Shown: in pieces, positions 31,422-45,383 of the stretch
Layout: each line of letters starts with the position of its first letter
How positions within the stretch are numbered: position 1 is the stretch's first letter
Assembly (NCBI GenBank): GCA_000708835.1
Contig: DF237192.1
Span: forward strand, 1 to 64,000
DNA: 64,000 nucleotides
Direction: 5' to 3'
Source of the DNA: Klebsormidium nitens
Lineage: Eukaryota; Plantae; Klebsormidiophyceae
The notes under the pieces: generated by a model
Seen by the model: only the letters and a program-made list of their open reading frames with translations
Told to the model about the DNA's origin: nothing
The model's database searches: none
Made by a program: the position numbers and the translations under genes

Positions 31422-34333
31422 CTGCAGGGGGACGAGAGTTGGGGATGAGAAGGCTGTTGACAGATCTGACACAACACGCTCGATAACCAAGCACAAATTT
31501 TGGCCTTTTGTTTGTATCTGCGAGCTCTGGAACCAACCAAGGTCAGTCTGGGCTTGGGAAGAAGGCCGGAGGTACAAACTGTAAGCCCCAATCTTCTTTG
31601 AGGCCTCATTCTGTGAGGCCTTCGATAACCTGACTGGAGCTTCCTTTGACGCGACAGACGAACTGAGCTGGTCTTGCAAATGTAAAAGAATTTTAAGCAA
31701 GTTTACAATGCATCTCAATGAGAAGATTAAACCAGATTCTCGGCTTTCAATCCTAGATTTCAAGCCCTTCAATGCTAGGGATGAAGATTTGAGAGTTTCT
31801 GGAAAGGCGACATCCTCAGCGCAGAACATTGCAGGCTCGTTCTTCAAATGGAAGGCGCTCACAAGAAGTCTGGAAATAAATCTTTTCGGATATGTGCACC
31901 ACCACACTTGAAAAACTTGTCTTCTAGGCATCTGCCAATTTTTGTGCCAAACTTATCTAGACTTACTCTAGTCAGCAGCAGACTGACAAACTTTCACTTA
32001 AAGTGGCAACCAGGTTGCTTGGAAGCTGCTGTCAGGATTGCCTTCTAAGCATTCTGCAAGCACGCATATGTCTGGACCTCTGTGCAGAACATTGAACCAG
32101 GCAAAGTCTCAAAAGGTACGACAGAGTTCGGAAGTAGTAATCTTTGACAAAGTTAGTTAGCTCTGAGTCCAAGTACTATTATGACTTTGTGGCGATCCTG
32201 AATCCTCAGGTCGGTCCATGGAAATCAGGTAGTGGTAATACCTGGCTGTCCTTCTTGGGCTTCAGATGAGATGGATTGCCTTGCTTTCGAACCCCATCAG
32301 CTCCTCCTGCATATGTAAACCCTCTTCATAACATAGTCTAGCATACTTTCGAAGCACACAGAACCGCCCCCTCGAAACCCAAACTGTGCATCCTTAAATC
32401 GTCGTCTTCTGGTGATTGGTGCTTCCCCTAACCGTAGCTACACACAAGAGTGAGATATCAAGAGGTGTCTGCCATACATCCCCGCTCTCAATGAGTCTCA
32501 TCAGCGCTCCTTGCTTCCTCCTTATTCCTTCTTCCTTCTGTCCCCTTTCCAAATTCCTTCATTCCTTCCTGGTAATTTCAAAATTTGCACCATGGGCCAA
32601 TTCCATCGGACTTTGGACAGCACAGGGGCGCTTTTGAGCCGTCCGATGAGCTATTGCCTGACATCGAACGACGCCGGAGCATCCCAATGTGGTTCTTTCG
32701 AACTGGATGGCTAATTAATGGGTGGCTCGTACGGTACTTGGTTCTGTCTGGGACTCTGGGTGATCTGGCTGGCTTATATGGCTGTGATATAGTAGGAATA
32801 TCTGTATTTTCTGTTCTTGGTAATGTACACCCGGGCACATCCCGCCAACTGATGTCAGCGCACCCCGGTCCCCTTAGACCGGAAAGTCAGCTCATTGGGT
32901 GTACCGGTGTTGTGTAAAGCCGGGTCCGATGCTCACACCTCCCTGGGCAATAAGCTCGAATTACAATCCTCAGTGCATCTGACACCTGCGCATTTATAAT
33001 ATTTATCCAAAACTTATTAAGAGCAATTCACAATTCCAAGTCTTGAACTTGAAGTTGAGGGAGGTCAAAAGTCGTGCAACTTCAAGGAGCTTGCACTGTA
33101 GGCTTAGCAGCAGATTCTGATCATGCAGATGATGGAGGACCTCCAACTGCGAGCACCCAAGTGGGGCGACCTCAGAGATGATAGTCGCCAGCGCCAAAGA
33201 GGAGGACGTTTTTGGTAGGGCGGTAGCCAATGGATAAGGAGGACAGCAGTGGAAATTTACCAGGAGTCTGCTTCAGCTTTCGGCGGTTTTGGGCGTAGTC
33301 CTTGCCGTGTGACATGCAAGCAATGTGTGTGAGCAGATTCTGGCGTCGATTGATATGCACAGAAACATCGCCCTTGCTGCCTGCATGGTGCTCACGCGTC
33401 ATTGGAGGTAAGATTGACTTGCTTCAAGCTGCCCTAAATGACCCGGTCCGGAAAAAAGGCAGGTATATAGTACTAATTGTCACTTACTTTGATGAGCTTG
33501 TGGGATGAGGGCTGACAATTACTTGGCCCGTGTTTTCTATATTGTTGTGGAACCTGGTTTTTGTTGTCGTCATCACTCTGCCTGGGCCAGGCAGACACCC
33601 TGAGGAGCGGAGTAGCTTTGCATTGTGCCGAAGAATGACAACATACGGCTTTGTTGACTTAACAAACAAACTTCTGGAGTTCGTTCGGTCCTGTGGAAAC
33701 GAAAAAGGACCTTGTGTCTTTGGCACCAGTGGCTGGTTTATGCCCTGCCGTCTGTGAACTGGTTTTAGCATCTACGCCTTCACTTTGAGCACATTGTCTG
33801 CTTTTTAGATGCATTCGCTGCTGTTTTGGATTGTGCTTCGAGCTTGGTTCTTTTGCAACTTTCGCTTTGATACTCAGTGACCACACATCAAATGGAGCGT
33901 TTCAATCGCTGTTCGCAATGTACATTGTTCAAGGGCTATGGATTGATCAGTACTGCAAGCACGTCAATTGAGATTTGATTGTTTATCCAGTCATCCAAGA
34001 GTTGGTAGTTTGGGGGTTATCAGGTTTCTCACAACTACACAGAAGTGTGAGCCATCGTGGAAGGGAAACATCAAACCTTTTCAAGATGTACAACCAGCTT
34101 GAGACCATTCTTTTTGGAGCGACACTTTTGTTACGCAAGGGAGGGTTCGCTCGTGTTCCACACTTTAAGTCCCTTGCTAATCAAGAGCGCTGGGACTTTG
34201 ATACCTTGCAGAGAATGCTCCAGTAGCTGCGGAACAGAGATGCTGAGCTCACTGGCATTTGCTAGCCTTCTGCTCGACGACGGTTGAGTGTTGGATCCAA
34301 AAACAGTCCTGCTGGGCCGACTCAGTAAAAAGA

Positions 34334-37300
34334 ATGGACCCAGGGCAACGACCAAACGAACCAAGGAACGCATGGGGCCACCATCCAGCGGCCCAAAACA
34401 ACCGACAACCGGATGGTTCAGCTGCACAAAACAGGAGATACTTTCCTGGGGAGGCATTTTTAGAGGGGGGCAGTGTGCCATTCTTTGCATCCGAGCAGCC
34501 AAGATGGGGCGCGCCGCAGCCTGGCGGCGCCCCCCCATTTGATCGTAGTGGGGCGTTTGGCCCCCCTGGCGGGTTTCCCGAGGCCCACCAGCCGGCGTTT
34601 ACGTTCCCCCCCGGTGCGGGGAGGGGCGGTTGGAAGCACAGCGATTCTGACCCCTTTCTGCATAGCCCCAGTGCAATAAGTTCCCCGGCCAACTACAATC
34701 TCATAGCGGGGGCGGGAGCGAGAGAGAGGCCAGCAAGTGATTGGACGAACATGCAGGCGCCGGGGGGGGGATGGGAGAGTGGGGTCCCGGGGGTGAGTGG
34801 CGGCACGGGGATGCTTGGGTGCAGCAGCAGGGGGGGTTTGGGTGGCCCCCGGAAGGAGCGATGCCGCCAATGTGGAACGTGGTGTCTGATCGGCCAGAGA
34901 GGGAGCAGGGTAAGCGCGGTGTTTGCTGAACAAGTTTGTCGGCAGTGGCCATCAGGTTTTTGTTGCTCTCATCTTAGTGTTAGTGCTGGGGGATCATGGG
35001 AATGACGGTACTAGCAGAGGTCTTCCAAACCGCCGAGATTATGATGTAGCAAGTTCTCAGTCTGCTTGGGATGTTACAGCGAAACTTGGGGCTGTCTTCG
35101 TCATTGTTTAAGGTTGCTGTGGCAAGGAATCCAATCACAATAGCAAGATCTCCCATTGCTTAAATACTCATTGAGGAATGGGTGGCAGGACCATGCTTGT
35201 GCCCGTGTAGAGGCAACAATATCACCACAACAAGGTGTCAAAGTATTTCACAAATAGCTGCAGAATGAGTTGCTGCAACTCTATGCAGATTGGATATGTA
35301 CAGCGGCTCTTTTGGAGATGAGCAATGGTTGCCAAGCGAACCAGTGTAGGATTCCCTATTCATTCTTGATTGGGGCACCTGTCAGTGCTGAGGGGACAAA
35401 TAAAGCGGATCAAGGAACTGCTCCCCGGTTTACTTCATATGTCAAATAATACTGTGTAACGAAGCTCACTAATGTTCCACTCCTTTCGTTTATACAGGGC
35501 GCGTCCTCCGGCAGCAACTAGGCGCGATGGCAATGGACGCCGCAGGCCGCGCGCTGGCTGCTCACGCCCACAATGGCATGGCCCCCACTTTCGGTCCTGG
35601 GGGGCACCGGCACCTAGCGCCAGAAACCCCCCACCACGGTTGGGACGGTATGGCGCCTTTCTCCAACTCCCTAGCTCTCCAGGGAAACCGGCCGCCTCTC
35701 ATCGCGGGGGGGAGCATACCCAGGGTGCAAAGCGGAAGCGCAATCCCGATGAGAGGGGGGGTATGGGACATGCCGACATTCCCCGGTGATAACCGAGTGT
35801 TTTCCAACCCAAACCCGGGTCAGCTCCCACGGTCAAGCGATAACCAAGGGGGTTCCCAGGAGCGCAGCGGGGAAATCAATCAGACTATGCGGACGAGCCA
35901 GGACTTCAGCGGGTCACTGGACGCGCGCAAGGGGTCGATGAGCGATTCGCCAACGCCGGAAGTACAGGTATGTCGCTGGATACTTCAGTTGGTCGCCCTG
36001 GTTTGCTCTTACGTATTGGTCTGCTGGCAGCGCTGTCGTTCTTTTCGCATCTCGACCATCCAAGCAATCGTAGCAATCCACCTCCCGCAAACAGCTGAAA
36101 TCTGCCAATTAGCTTTTGCTGCACAGTGCGCTCACACCATGCATGGTTGCCAGATTGATGGGAAGCGACCATGAGGACTCCCAGGACCGTAGCTTTCCTT
36201 CTGCTGCTTCAGCTGAACCCTGATCCATCTGGTACCTACCTTAACTCCAGCCCTCACCAAAACTTGTCCGTACTTCACATAGTCTCCTATCTTAAGTCAG
36301 GCAATATAGCTTCCTTACTAGCCTGCAAAACACTTGCCAGTCAGAACTTAAGCTCTTTTATGCTTGCAGGCAAGCGGGTCCGTTCCGCGCAGCACCGGGG
36401 GCCAGAGCATGATGAACACGGGCTCCCAACAGAGCGACCGCTTCAGAGCCCTCAGCGGGGGGCCGCAGCAGGCCACGAGCTCCGAGCAGCAGGGTAGCGC
36501 TCAACGGTACAACGCCGGGCAGAGCGCGAACTGGACACCTGTCAGCGGCGCGCCAGCTGTCAGCAGCGACATGCACGCGCCCAAGGAGCCGGTGCGGGGC
36601 AAACGGACGCGCTCTGTCGAGGAGTTTGCTGGGGAGCCGGCGGTAAAGAGGGGGCGGTCGGAGGAGCAAGGGTCCCAGGAGATCTCCCCCCGGGGGAGAA
36701 GCGGACAGGAGGGGGATCCCCCTCCGGCTGCGGCTTTGGACGGGCGCACGGACTTCCACATTATCAACTCCCGGACAGAGGCGCCTCTTCACACCAAGGT
36801 CCCCTTGGACGTCCTGGGCCACGTTGCAGTAGGTGTGAAACCCCCCCAGGAGACCCGTACGGGTAGTAGCGGGCTAGGCACGGAGGGTATTCACAGCGGA
36901 GAGGAGAACCGCGTGAGTGCAATTATGGCGGAACTGGGGAACATGAGCAAGGACTACGTGTCAGCTCTGGCGAGCTCGGGGCTGTCCGAAATCGGTCCGA
37001 GCAGCGCACAGCTTCCTGTGAGCAGTGTTCCGCCGTCCGCCGGTCCAGTAACGAGCGCGGTGGGGCCTGCCGACGTCAAGCCAGGTCAGGCATGCTCACG
37101 TGACCTAGCTTCCTGTGCGTCCTTTGGGGAGCTAATCTTTTCTTCGCGACGTGGATCTCACTGCGACTGGACCCTTGCAAGCTCTGAACCTCAGAGAAGT
37201 CGGGCCTTCGAGATTGTCTTTGGAGCCAATCCTTCAGGCCGCATCTTGAGGCGTTGGTGCGCCTCTGTTTGTCTCGGGCCATCATAAGATTCAGCACCCG

Positions 37301-40300
37301 TTGGGTAACCTTGTCATTCGGAGAGTCCAACTGGCACAGGTTGTACCAGTTCCTCGTTGATGCCCTCCTGATTGCTCCAACTCTCCTGAGCCGCTCCATA
37401 TAGCTGACGAACAAAGGTCGACCTTCTGCAGCACAACCTTCAACAGTTCTACGACCTCCCCAATCGTACCTTCCCCCCTCTGCCTGGGTGAGAAGACTGC
37501 AGCCGACATCCGCGCCCTCCGGATCAAGGCCCCCAGTACCGTCTGACCCGGCGCCAACTTTCAGGCCGCAAGCGCCAGCTGTCAGGCCGCAAGCGCCCGC
37601 TGGTATGCCAGCGGTCAGGGGCGGTGCGCAACCAGCGAGGACTGGGGGCCCTGAGGCGGCTGCAGAGAGGGGAGTGCGGCCTCGTCAGCAGGTACGTGTC
37701 GCTTAAACGCCTATCGGAATCTGAATTTCAATCCTTGTTTGGGACTTTTCCAGCATTTGTATGTTGGTCGCATAGGTCTTTATTAGGTGGAAGTGAGAGC
37801 AAAATTTGGAGCTTTAAACAACATATCATACGAGAATCAGAAACCATCAGAAGGTCTCAGAATTCAAGGCTAGAAAGTGGACCAGTGCTGAGTTCAACCA
37901 AGCATGAGCGTAGCTGGAACCCGTCGGATGGGACCAGGGCCATGATGGTCGGAGCATTGGGCTCAACGTCGCCGTCCCATTGCGGTCTCGGACGTTGCAA
38001 ACCAGAGTCGTCCCAATGACCGAAAGCTACGGAACAGACATCAGACGGCCAGGCTGAGGTCTCACGCACCATCATATGCGATCCTCCCGAATGGAGGCGC
38101 TACCGAACGTTCCAACAGATTGGCTGCAGAAAATCCTGCAAGACCTAGAATCGTAACCCTCATCTGTGCTGATTGCCATGCAGAGGCCCCCAGCACAAGC
38201 CTGTTCGACTCTCTCGAATGGTAGAGCGGCGAAACTTTAGAGCAGAGTATGTTTCCAGATTCCTTTCCAACAACCATGAATTTGATAACCTGCAGACATT
38301 GACCCCAATTCATTCAACTCTGTAGGCGCCGGATCGCCATGCGGAGGTCCCAAGCATGAGCGTCTCGGGAATGTCGGGTTGGGAGCGCGGCCAGGCGTTC
38401 GGACGACATTTCGGACCTGAGCCGTCGTTTGGGGGCCAGACAATGCGCTATTTGAGCGGGAGAGAACCTAGTGCCGGCACAAGCTTTGCCAGCTTTGCGG
38501 TGCCAGTTTACCGAGGCTCTGATGCGGGTGAGATCAGCGTACTTTGACGGCAATGAACTGATGCCCACCTGCTTTTGTCGTTCCGTAATCTTATAACGTC
38601 TCTTTGAGGACATTCTACCCAAAGCCCAACAAAATGATTGTTCCAAATGGGCGTTCTAGTAGTCAAGGGTGTTTGTAACAGAACGTGGTCGAACATTCAA
38701 ATGGCAAAGTCTCGGAGCAAGTCTACCTCAAATTGGAGCAAGGACGCAGAACGTAGCGGTCTGGTATTAGTGCAGCTCGCCCGTGCCGATGCCTAACTTG
38801 TGGCACCTCTTGTCACCCTAACTTTCCTACAGCAACTCAGCTCCCACTCTTTTCTGGAAGAGAGCAGCTCAGATCAGTCGCCACCCTTAACAGACGTTCG
38901 TCACATCGAACGATTTTCATGTTTCTGCCGCTGTCCAATAAGCCATTCTTCTGTTGAAACTGATCTGATGGGCGTTCTTCTTATATCTGATCAGGGGCCA
39001 GCCTCAACAACTTTGAACACCCCACCGGCCTTCCCTTCAACCCCTTTCAGCGCCCTGGGCCCCGTCCCTTCCAAAGCCCGCCCTCCCATCCCCAAAGAAC
39101 CTCTCCGACCCGCGCCTCTGATGCGCTGACGTCACCCGCGGGGCCTGCTGACTTCAGCCACCGAGCCCGGGGTATGCACCCGCTGCACAACTGGCGGTCT
39201 ATACCGGAGTACGAACAGCTGAATGCTGGCCAAGGGGGGTGGGGCAATTCTGTAAATTTTGGGGCGTTTGAGCGGCAGGGAGGTCCGGATCCGGAAGTGG
39301 CAAACTTCCATTTCGGGGGGTATGCGGCGTATCCAGAGGGCGATCATAACCGGCTGGCAGCGGCAATCAGAGATGCGACGGCGAGGCGAGATGGGCTGCG
39401 AGCCGCGCCCGGGGGGGATCCCCCCATCAAACACGGCAGGTCGCTGAAGATCGAAGACGATTCAAAGGCAGGTCCTGACACGTCGCTGCTACCGGAAACG
39501 CCGACTGGCGAGGACGTCGAACCGAAGCCCGCGCTAGAGTCGTCCGGAGAGGGCGTTCCGGAACCTGTCCGTTCGCCGGAGCCCGTTACCCTTCCAGGGG
39601 GGCCGCCGGCCCAGCCTGATCCGCTCCCTCTCGAAACGCTCCCGGGTGCAGTTACCCCCCCTGGCGCTCGCCCCGATCTGGTGCCAAATCGGCCGCAGGA
39701 CAGCCCCCCCGAAGCTCTGAACAACGAGGACAGCTTCGGTACGAAAAGCGGTAGTCCGTCCGCTGGAGTGGTCCCCAACTTTGGGGGTTTAGCGCAGGGT
39801 TTGGAGGAGGGTTTAGCAGCGGACCAGGCTCCGGGCAGGATCGTCGGGGAAGGGACGGAGCTACAGCAGGCGTTGGCGGACGAAGCAAACGGGTTGAGTG
39901 CGCACCTGACGGCAAAACCGTCCAAACCCCACATCCAATCGATGCCGCTGATCGATCTCCCGGAGGGGGGCAAGCCCGCCCCTGAAACGGCCCCCCTGCC
40001 GTTCCGGCCGTTTGTGTCGAAGCTGATTGAGGGGTCCCGGGGGGGACCGTTTGCGGTTGCGGCGAAAGGGGTTAGCGGAACCCGGGAGGGGTTAGCCGGT
40101 AATCGGGAAGCGGCGCTAGAGCAGGCGACGAAGGCTGACGAGGGCGTCGGGGTTAAGGGCATGGGAAAACGGGTTGCGAGTAAAGGGGCGTGGATGGATC
40201 GGCTATTCCAGCAAGCAACGGGAACCGCGGTCAGGAAGAAGGATGGGGTTGAGGAGAATAAGGGAGAGGATGGGAAGGAAGCGGGGATGCGGCGGGAGAG

Positions 40301-43300
40301 TTCGCTCAAGAACTTGGCTGACAGTGAGTGCAGGTCTCAGTACTTTGATATTGGACGTTTGTTAGACGCCTCGCTGGTCCGTGCGAGCATCATTTTGGCG
40401 CTTTCCAAAGGAACGTCTTGTCGGGTTTTGCCCCAAGCACGTAGAAGAACGCGGTGTTGACTGCAAGAGGTTCCTTGAGCTGAAACGCAAGCACATATCC
40501 TTTCCATGAGCATCTTGCCTTCCACTGACGAGGAATGGATATTGTAAAGAGCGCTTTCGTCTGGACCTGCATCAGGAAATAGTGGTTGGAACTAGCGGTT
40601 TCGTCTTGAAGATACTGGTACCGCCTTTGATTTCTTCAGGCTCAACTCAAATGAAGAACCTGCCAACAGTTCTCTGTTGCCGAATATCACCCCGCTCAAC
40701 CCTTGGAGCGTTGCGTGTTCCTACCCTTCTAAACATCATGGCAAGCTGCACTTCCGGCTTCCTTTGTAGTGTGTGCTCTCTCGCAATCCTTCCCAAATCC
40801 ATCTTGCTGTCCCTACTTTTGCAGTGGAAGTCGATCGAGCTCCGGTCTTGACTCCTACGGACACCCCGCAAGTGTCGGGTGGTCTCTCCAACATGTGCCG
40901 CTCCCCTTCCAACCCAAACATCCAGCACTTCCCCCGAAAAGAACCAATTTCTCGGCCGGGGGGTAAGACCGCCTTTATTGCGTCTACTCTCCAAGCCCCC
41001 TGGAGCAACTTGGATCTTGCACAAGCGCTGGGCGTGACCGGGGGGGTCGAGTTGGCCCGAGGAATGACCCCCCTGGCGGGGTTGAAGGGGCCATCTGGTA
41101 TGAAAGTGACGGGCGGAGGGAAAGACGGGTCCGGAAATAGAAGGGGGTCTCAGAGCAGTGCAGACTTTGCGGCGGCGATGGCGGCGGTTCGGGAGTGGAG
41201 AAAGGAGTCCGCACGGTATAGGGCGGGGCTGATTGCGGAGAGCCCGATTCTAAGAGAGGCCATGGCGCTGGGGGAGATGCGCAGACTGACGTGTCTGTTT
41301 TGTGGGTTGAGGGGGCATACCGTGTCGGAGTGTTCGGAGACCCCCCGAAACGAGCTTGCACAGTTGGAGGCGCGAGCGGTTTCCTGGGGGGGGGGTGACG
41401 TGGAGTCTGATCGGAGGAGGGGGGCCGGGGCGCAAAGTCCGAAGGTTGAGGTGCGGTGTTTGCTTTGTCAAAGAAAAGGGCATTGGGGGGTGGATTGCCC
41501 GTTGTCCCTCCGAGAGGCCCATGTGGTGGCGACGGACGATGGGGGGGGTAACGCTGGAGTGCGGAGTGGGGCTGGCGTTACGCCGGCCGGGAAGAAACGG
41601 ACACGGGAAGGAGGTTTAGCAGAGTCGCTTTCTCCGGAGAAAAAAGAGAGTCCTGACAAGGGGAAACGGATGGGATCTGTACAGAGGAGGGACGGCGAAA
41701 GGGGTGCCGATTTACGGGACGAGGAAGGAGAGGGCCGGTGCTACGGTGTGAACGCGCACATGGAACGTTCGGAAAGCGGGCGGAAAAGCAAGAGTACGCG
41801 GAATAGCGGAAGCGGGAAAGAGAGTATGAGTCGGCGAGAGGGGGCGCGAGCGGGGGGGGGTACGAGGGTAGCAAAGAGCGGAGCAAACGAAGCTCGCACT
41901 CTGCGTATAAGACGAGTAGCGGCGCCAAGGATCGGGACGGGGGGTTGGGGAAGGGGAAGCACGACCCGAGGGGGAGTCCCCTGGAAGAGCAGCTGGAGCG
42001 TGTTCACATGGGCGGGTTGGCAGGGCACGGAGACGGTGTGAAAAGGCAGCCGGATGTTGGATACGGAAAGAATGTGCAAGGGAAGCGCACCGGTGGTTCT
42101 CCTCTGGGGGAAGAAAAGGCCGTTCGACAGCGAGGGGGCTTCAACGATCCACGTTTGGGGGGGCGGGGAGAGCTGGCAAACGTCCCCCCCACGGAGCTCC
42201 TGGATGCTCTGGAGGGGGCCCGGCTGCCGAGAAGGGATTTGGTGCGGTGGGCGGAGCAAGAAGGGTTCGAGAAACGAGTCGAAGGTTTCTTCTTGAGAGT
42301 GCGCTTTGGAAGGTGAGGGTTCGACTAGGGACTGAAGGTTGTGTTCCTTGCAGCCCCAAACTCTGCATCCTTACGTTTCCAGATTGAGTTGGATTCAGAA
42401 TCCAGAACGGCTCTGAGTTGGATAGAAATGTCAGTGCCCTTGAATTTGGGGAGTATCAGGGGCCCTCTGCTTTGAGAACAATGCCCGTTTGAGGGCAGCC
42501 CTGAGAAGAACAAAAGGGCAAAAGTGTCTGCAAACGATCAGGCGGGTCTGAAACTCAACTAACTCTGTTGTTAGCAGAGTTGGGGGTATGGATGTCTTCT
42601 GGATGTCTTCTGGATGTCTTCCCATCAGATCTTCATCTGATGGGATTGAGCAGGCCAGCAGGCAGTCCCCATGTCTCGTTCTCGTCACGCTATTAGTGAT
42701 CTCAATCTGGCAAGTTTTCCAACTAACCCACCCTCTTGTTTGCTTAACCCAGGCGCGCCCAGGAACAAAACGGCAGCGGTTACCGCATTGCGCGCATCGT
42801 CAACGCTGTGGCAAAGTCTGATCAGGGGCACTTGATCCTCACGCTGACCGTTGATCTGGGCGACGGAGAGTGCATTATTGACGGCCAGTATGTGTCCAAT
42901 AAAGCATTCACGAAGGTAGGCCTGATCCAGGTCCTGGGTTGCGTTTCCTCTTGTTTTAGATGCTCACCAGTTTCCGTGGATTCAAGTAGTCTGGCAAGTC
43001 TCGGGGCTAGTTAGTCCGAATTCTCTTTTGACTACTGAAGCGTTTCCAACGCCCCTGGTCAATTACTGTCACCTCTTTGGAACGGTCTGGTCTCCCTGAC
43101 GCTTTCTCAGTTCCTTGGTAGTCACGCTTTCACCAGCATACTATGCTCGTAGACAATACTCTTGTTTTCGGCAATTGCGACTTACTGCTGCAAGAGAACC
43201 GCAGCACAACTTCCCGAAGGCTCACGTATGAGAATGCAATGCAAACCTACGCCTCGTCCTCTGTCAAAGGTTTCAATAAACACCTACTGCCCATCACCCT

Positions 43301-43457
43301 TACTTTCCGGTCCTCAGCACTCATTTTCTGCATACTTTCATTACAGGAGGAGCTCGATCACTGGTGTCAAGTCTCGAGGGACGGTTCCAGCATGGCCGTT
43401 ACCTTGCCGCTGCTCCGACAAAAGGCTGCAGAGAAGGCCACGTGGCCAGATGTTTGA
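34334..43457 (+). CDS. TZP: Tandem zinc knuckle / Plus3 domain protein (TZP-like), ~1770 aa, with two apparent single-base frameshifts at G9 runs
   Basis: Exons 34334-34909, 35498-35967, 36370-37084, 37432-37691, 38326-38527, 38995-40323, 40825-42312, 42753-42915, 43347-43457. Two CCHC knuckles (CLFCGLRGHTVSEC, CLLCQRKGHWGVDC). C-terminal Plus3-like domain (RLPRRDLVRWAEQEGFEKRVEGFFLRVRFG...GYRIARI...VSNKAFTKEELDHW). Orthology to TZP is inferred from domain architecture. Confidence 0.78.
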
Positions 43458-44642
43458 TGCGCGTGCGAGCTGCATATGCCGTTTCGTTTTCCGTGACGAT
43501 CATCTGTTGCAGTCACCTGAGTCGAAAGTTTGCTGCAGCTCTTTTTCTAGCTCAGACCGTTGTTTTGAGCTTGGGACGGGAATCCATGAAGAACGCCTCA
43601 CAGTACACAATTTTGTGGTTACTGGACGTTTGGGGGCCCGTCCCTGATGATAGGAAGGTATGAGATAGGGTTTTGGTGCTTGTGACCACGGCTGAAAAGG
43701 AGATCAGGGTACAAAGAAGCGCGCGCGTAGTCATTAGAGAACAACATGGTACTTGGAGTCGGACTCAGTTTTGTTGTGGCCGAGCATCGCAACATCAGTC
43801 AAAAGGATTGGTGTTGCACGTGATTAAAGTGACACTGCATTCGATGTAACATGTCAAACACCGACGAATTGAACGTATTGAGTCCGATTGTTGAGGCTTG
43901 TACTCCGCAAAATCTACCTGCAATGAATCGATCAGTCCTGTCAATTTCCTTCAACCGACGGTACTGGGCCGCATGCAGCCGAACTTAGTTCCTGAGGCTA
44001 CTGTAGCTTGCACAAGTAGTGACCGTCGCCGGGACTCGACCATCACAATGATCGATTCTCACTGCAGACTCGGCGATTCCTAAGTTCCAATCATAGATCT
44101 TTCAAAACTTAAACATACTTGGTGACATGACGTACATGATTCCGCCCGCACTGGCCGTACTTGCTGGTTCGATCATTGCCGCCATGCTGTCGTGATCTTT
44201 GGATCAGTCAGATCGGTTTAATTGACCGTCCGCGTACCCGAGTATGCCGGCCGCACTAAAGCTAGCCTGTGGAAACCATGTGTATACAAGTGGCGTACGC
44301 GGTAGCTAGATCGAAGTGCTTCAATTCAGCACAGTAAGATATCCGTACCTAGCTGATCGCGAACAATTATCATCGTCAGTGTCATGCAAGAGCTATAGCA
44401 GATTTCGACACCAACTTGAGTTAGTTTAGAGACTCCTTTGCTAAGTTAGTTACAAGTCGACTGGGTACGGATGCAGCTGCTCGAATAAATGCCGCGCGCA
44501 TGCCACAACGGGCAGGCGCTCAGGCAACCTAAGTTGGTTACCGGAGTGACAGCCCATCATTGATCGAGTCCTTCCGACATGTATGATCGAGAGGATCTTG
44601 AAAAAAGCGGAGACACAAGCCTGCGATTTGAGCCAAACGGAA

Positions 44643-44743
44643 TGAGAAGACCTTGCTGCTAGCTGCGTTCGAGCCACAGAAGGTGGCGCGCGAAATCGCC
44701 GCACCATCAACAAAATCCGCGCGAGTTTCATCAGGTTCGCGAA
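44643..44743 (-). mobile_element. Possible decayed hAT transposase C-terminal dimerisation-domain fragment
   Basis: FANLMKLARILLMV (44743-44702) followed in another frame by SNAASSKVFS (44672-44643), resembling hAT FPxLxxLAxxxLxxPxSxAxxERxFS. The spacing is longer than canonical. Confidence 0.3.
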
Positions 44744-45383
44744 GATATGCTCATTTTTGAGTGAAGTGCAAACCGATCTTAGTACATTCATGCCACCCTA
44801 TCTGCAAGTTCCAGCTATTGAAACGGTGCCAATGAATGCGGAGTCGCGTTCTGACGAAATGAACCGCACCGATCGTGAGCTCCTTAGCGCTGGGACTCGT
44901 TTCGTTCTCGTCAAGCCGGCCTGCGCTGACGTGGCAGTCGGAGGCCGGGAGGCAGCTAGGACTAACTCGCCTTGACTCGCGGGTCCGATGATGGATCGTC
45001 GCCAGAACCATGAAAGCCTGCCACTTCGCTTGTCGGCTTTTGATTGGCTGCTTTCCAGCCCCATCGCACTTTCTGACAGGCGCAGCAACGCTGCAGTTTT
45101 CCAACAGCTGTTGAGATCTTTCTGCTTGTAACCAGAGCACAGAACGAAGAGATGAGCAGCATTGCAAGTCACGTTACGCGGGAACGCGGGCTTTAGGGAG
45201 CTGACCCATCATGATTGCGGTACGGCAGGCTTCTTGCCGCCGCCCTTTTCAGGGTTTGCTTTGTTGCCCCAAAAGAAATGTAGGTCCGCCAAAGTAGCTT
45301 CACAGACGACTCACCTTCCTAGAAATAAGCTCTGCCAGCGCACAGTTTGCGCCTCGGCGCAAAGAGTCGGCCGTGCCCTTTGT

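Noticed and set aside
32824-32904. Micro-MITE bounded by GTACACCC/GGGTGTAC
   Set aside because: An 8-bp inverted repeat is within chance expectation for 64 kb.
39344-42259. Long antisense ORFs (e.g. 39344-40309, 41741-42259; also 16795-17265, 23566-24312)
   Set aside because: Shadow frames of GC-rich exons on the opposite strand.
42588-42621. 11-bp GGATGTCTTCT x3 and similar tiny tandem repeats
   Set aside because: Ordinary intronic slippage products.
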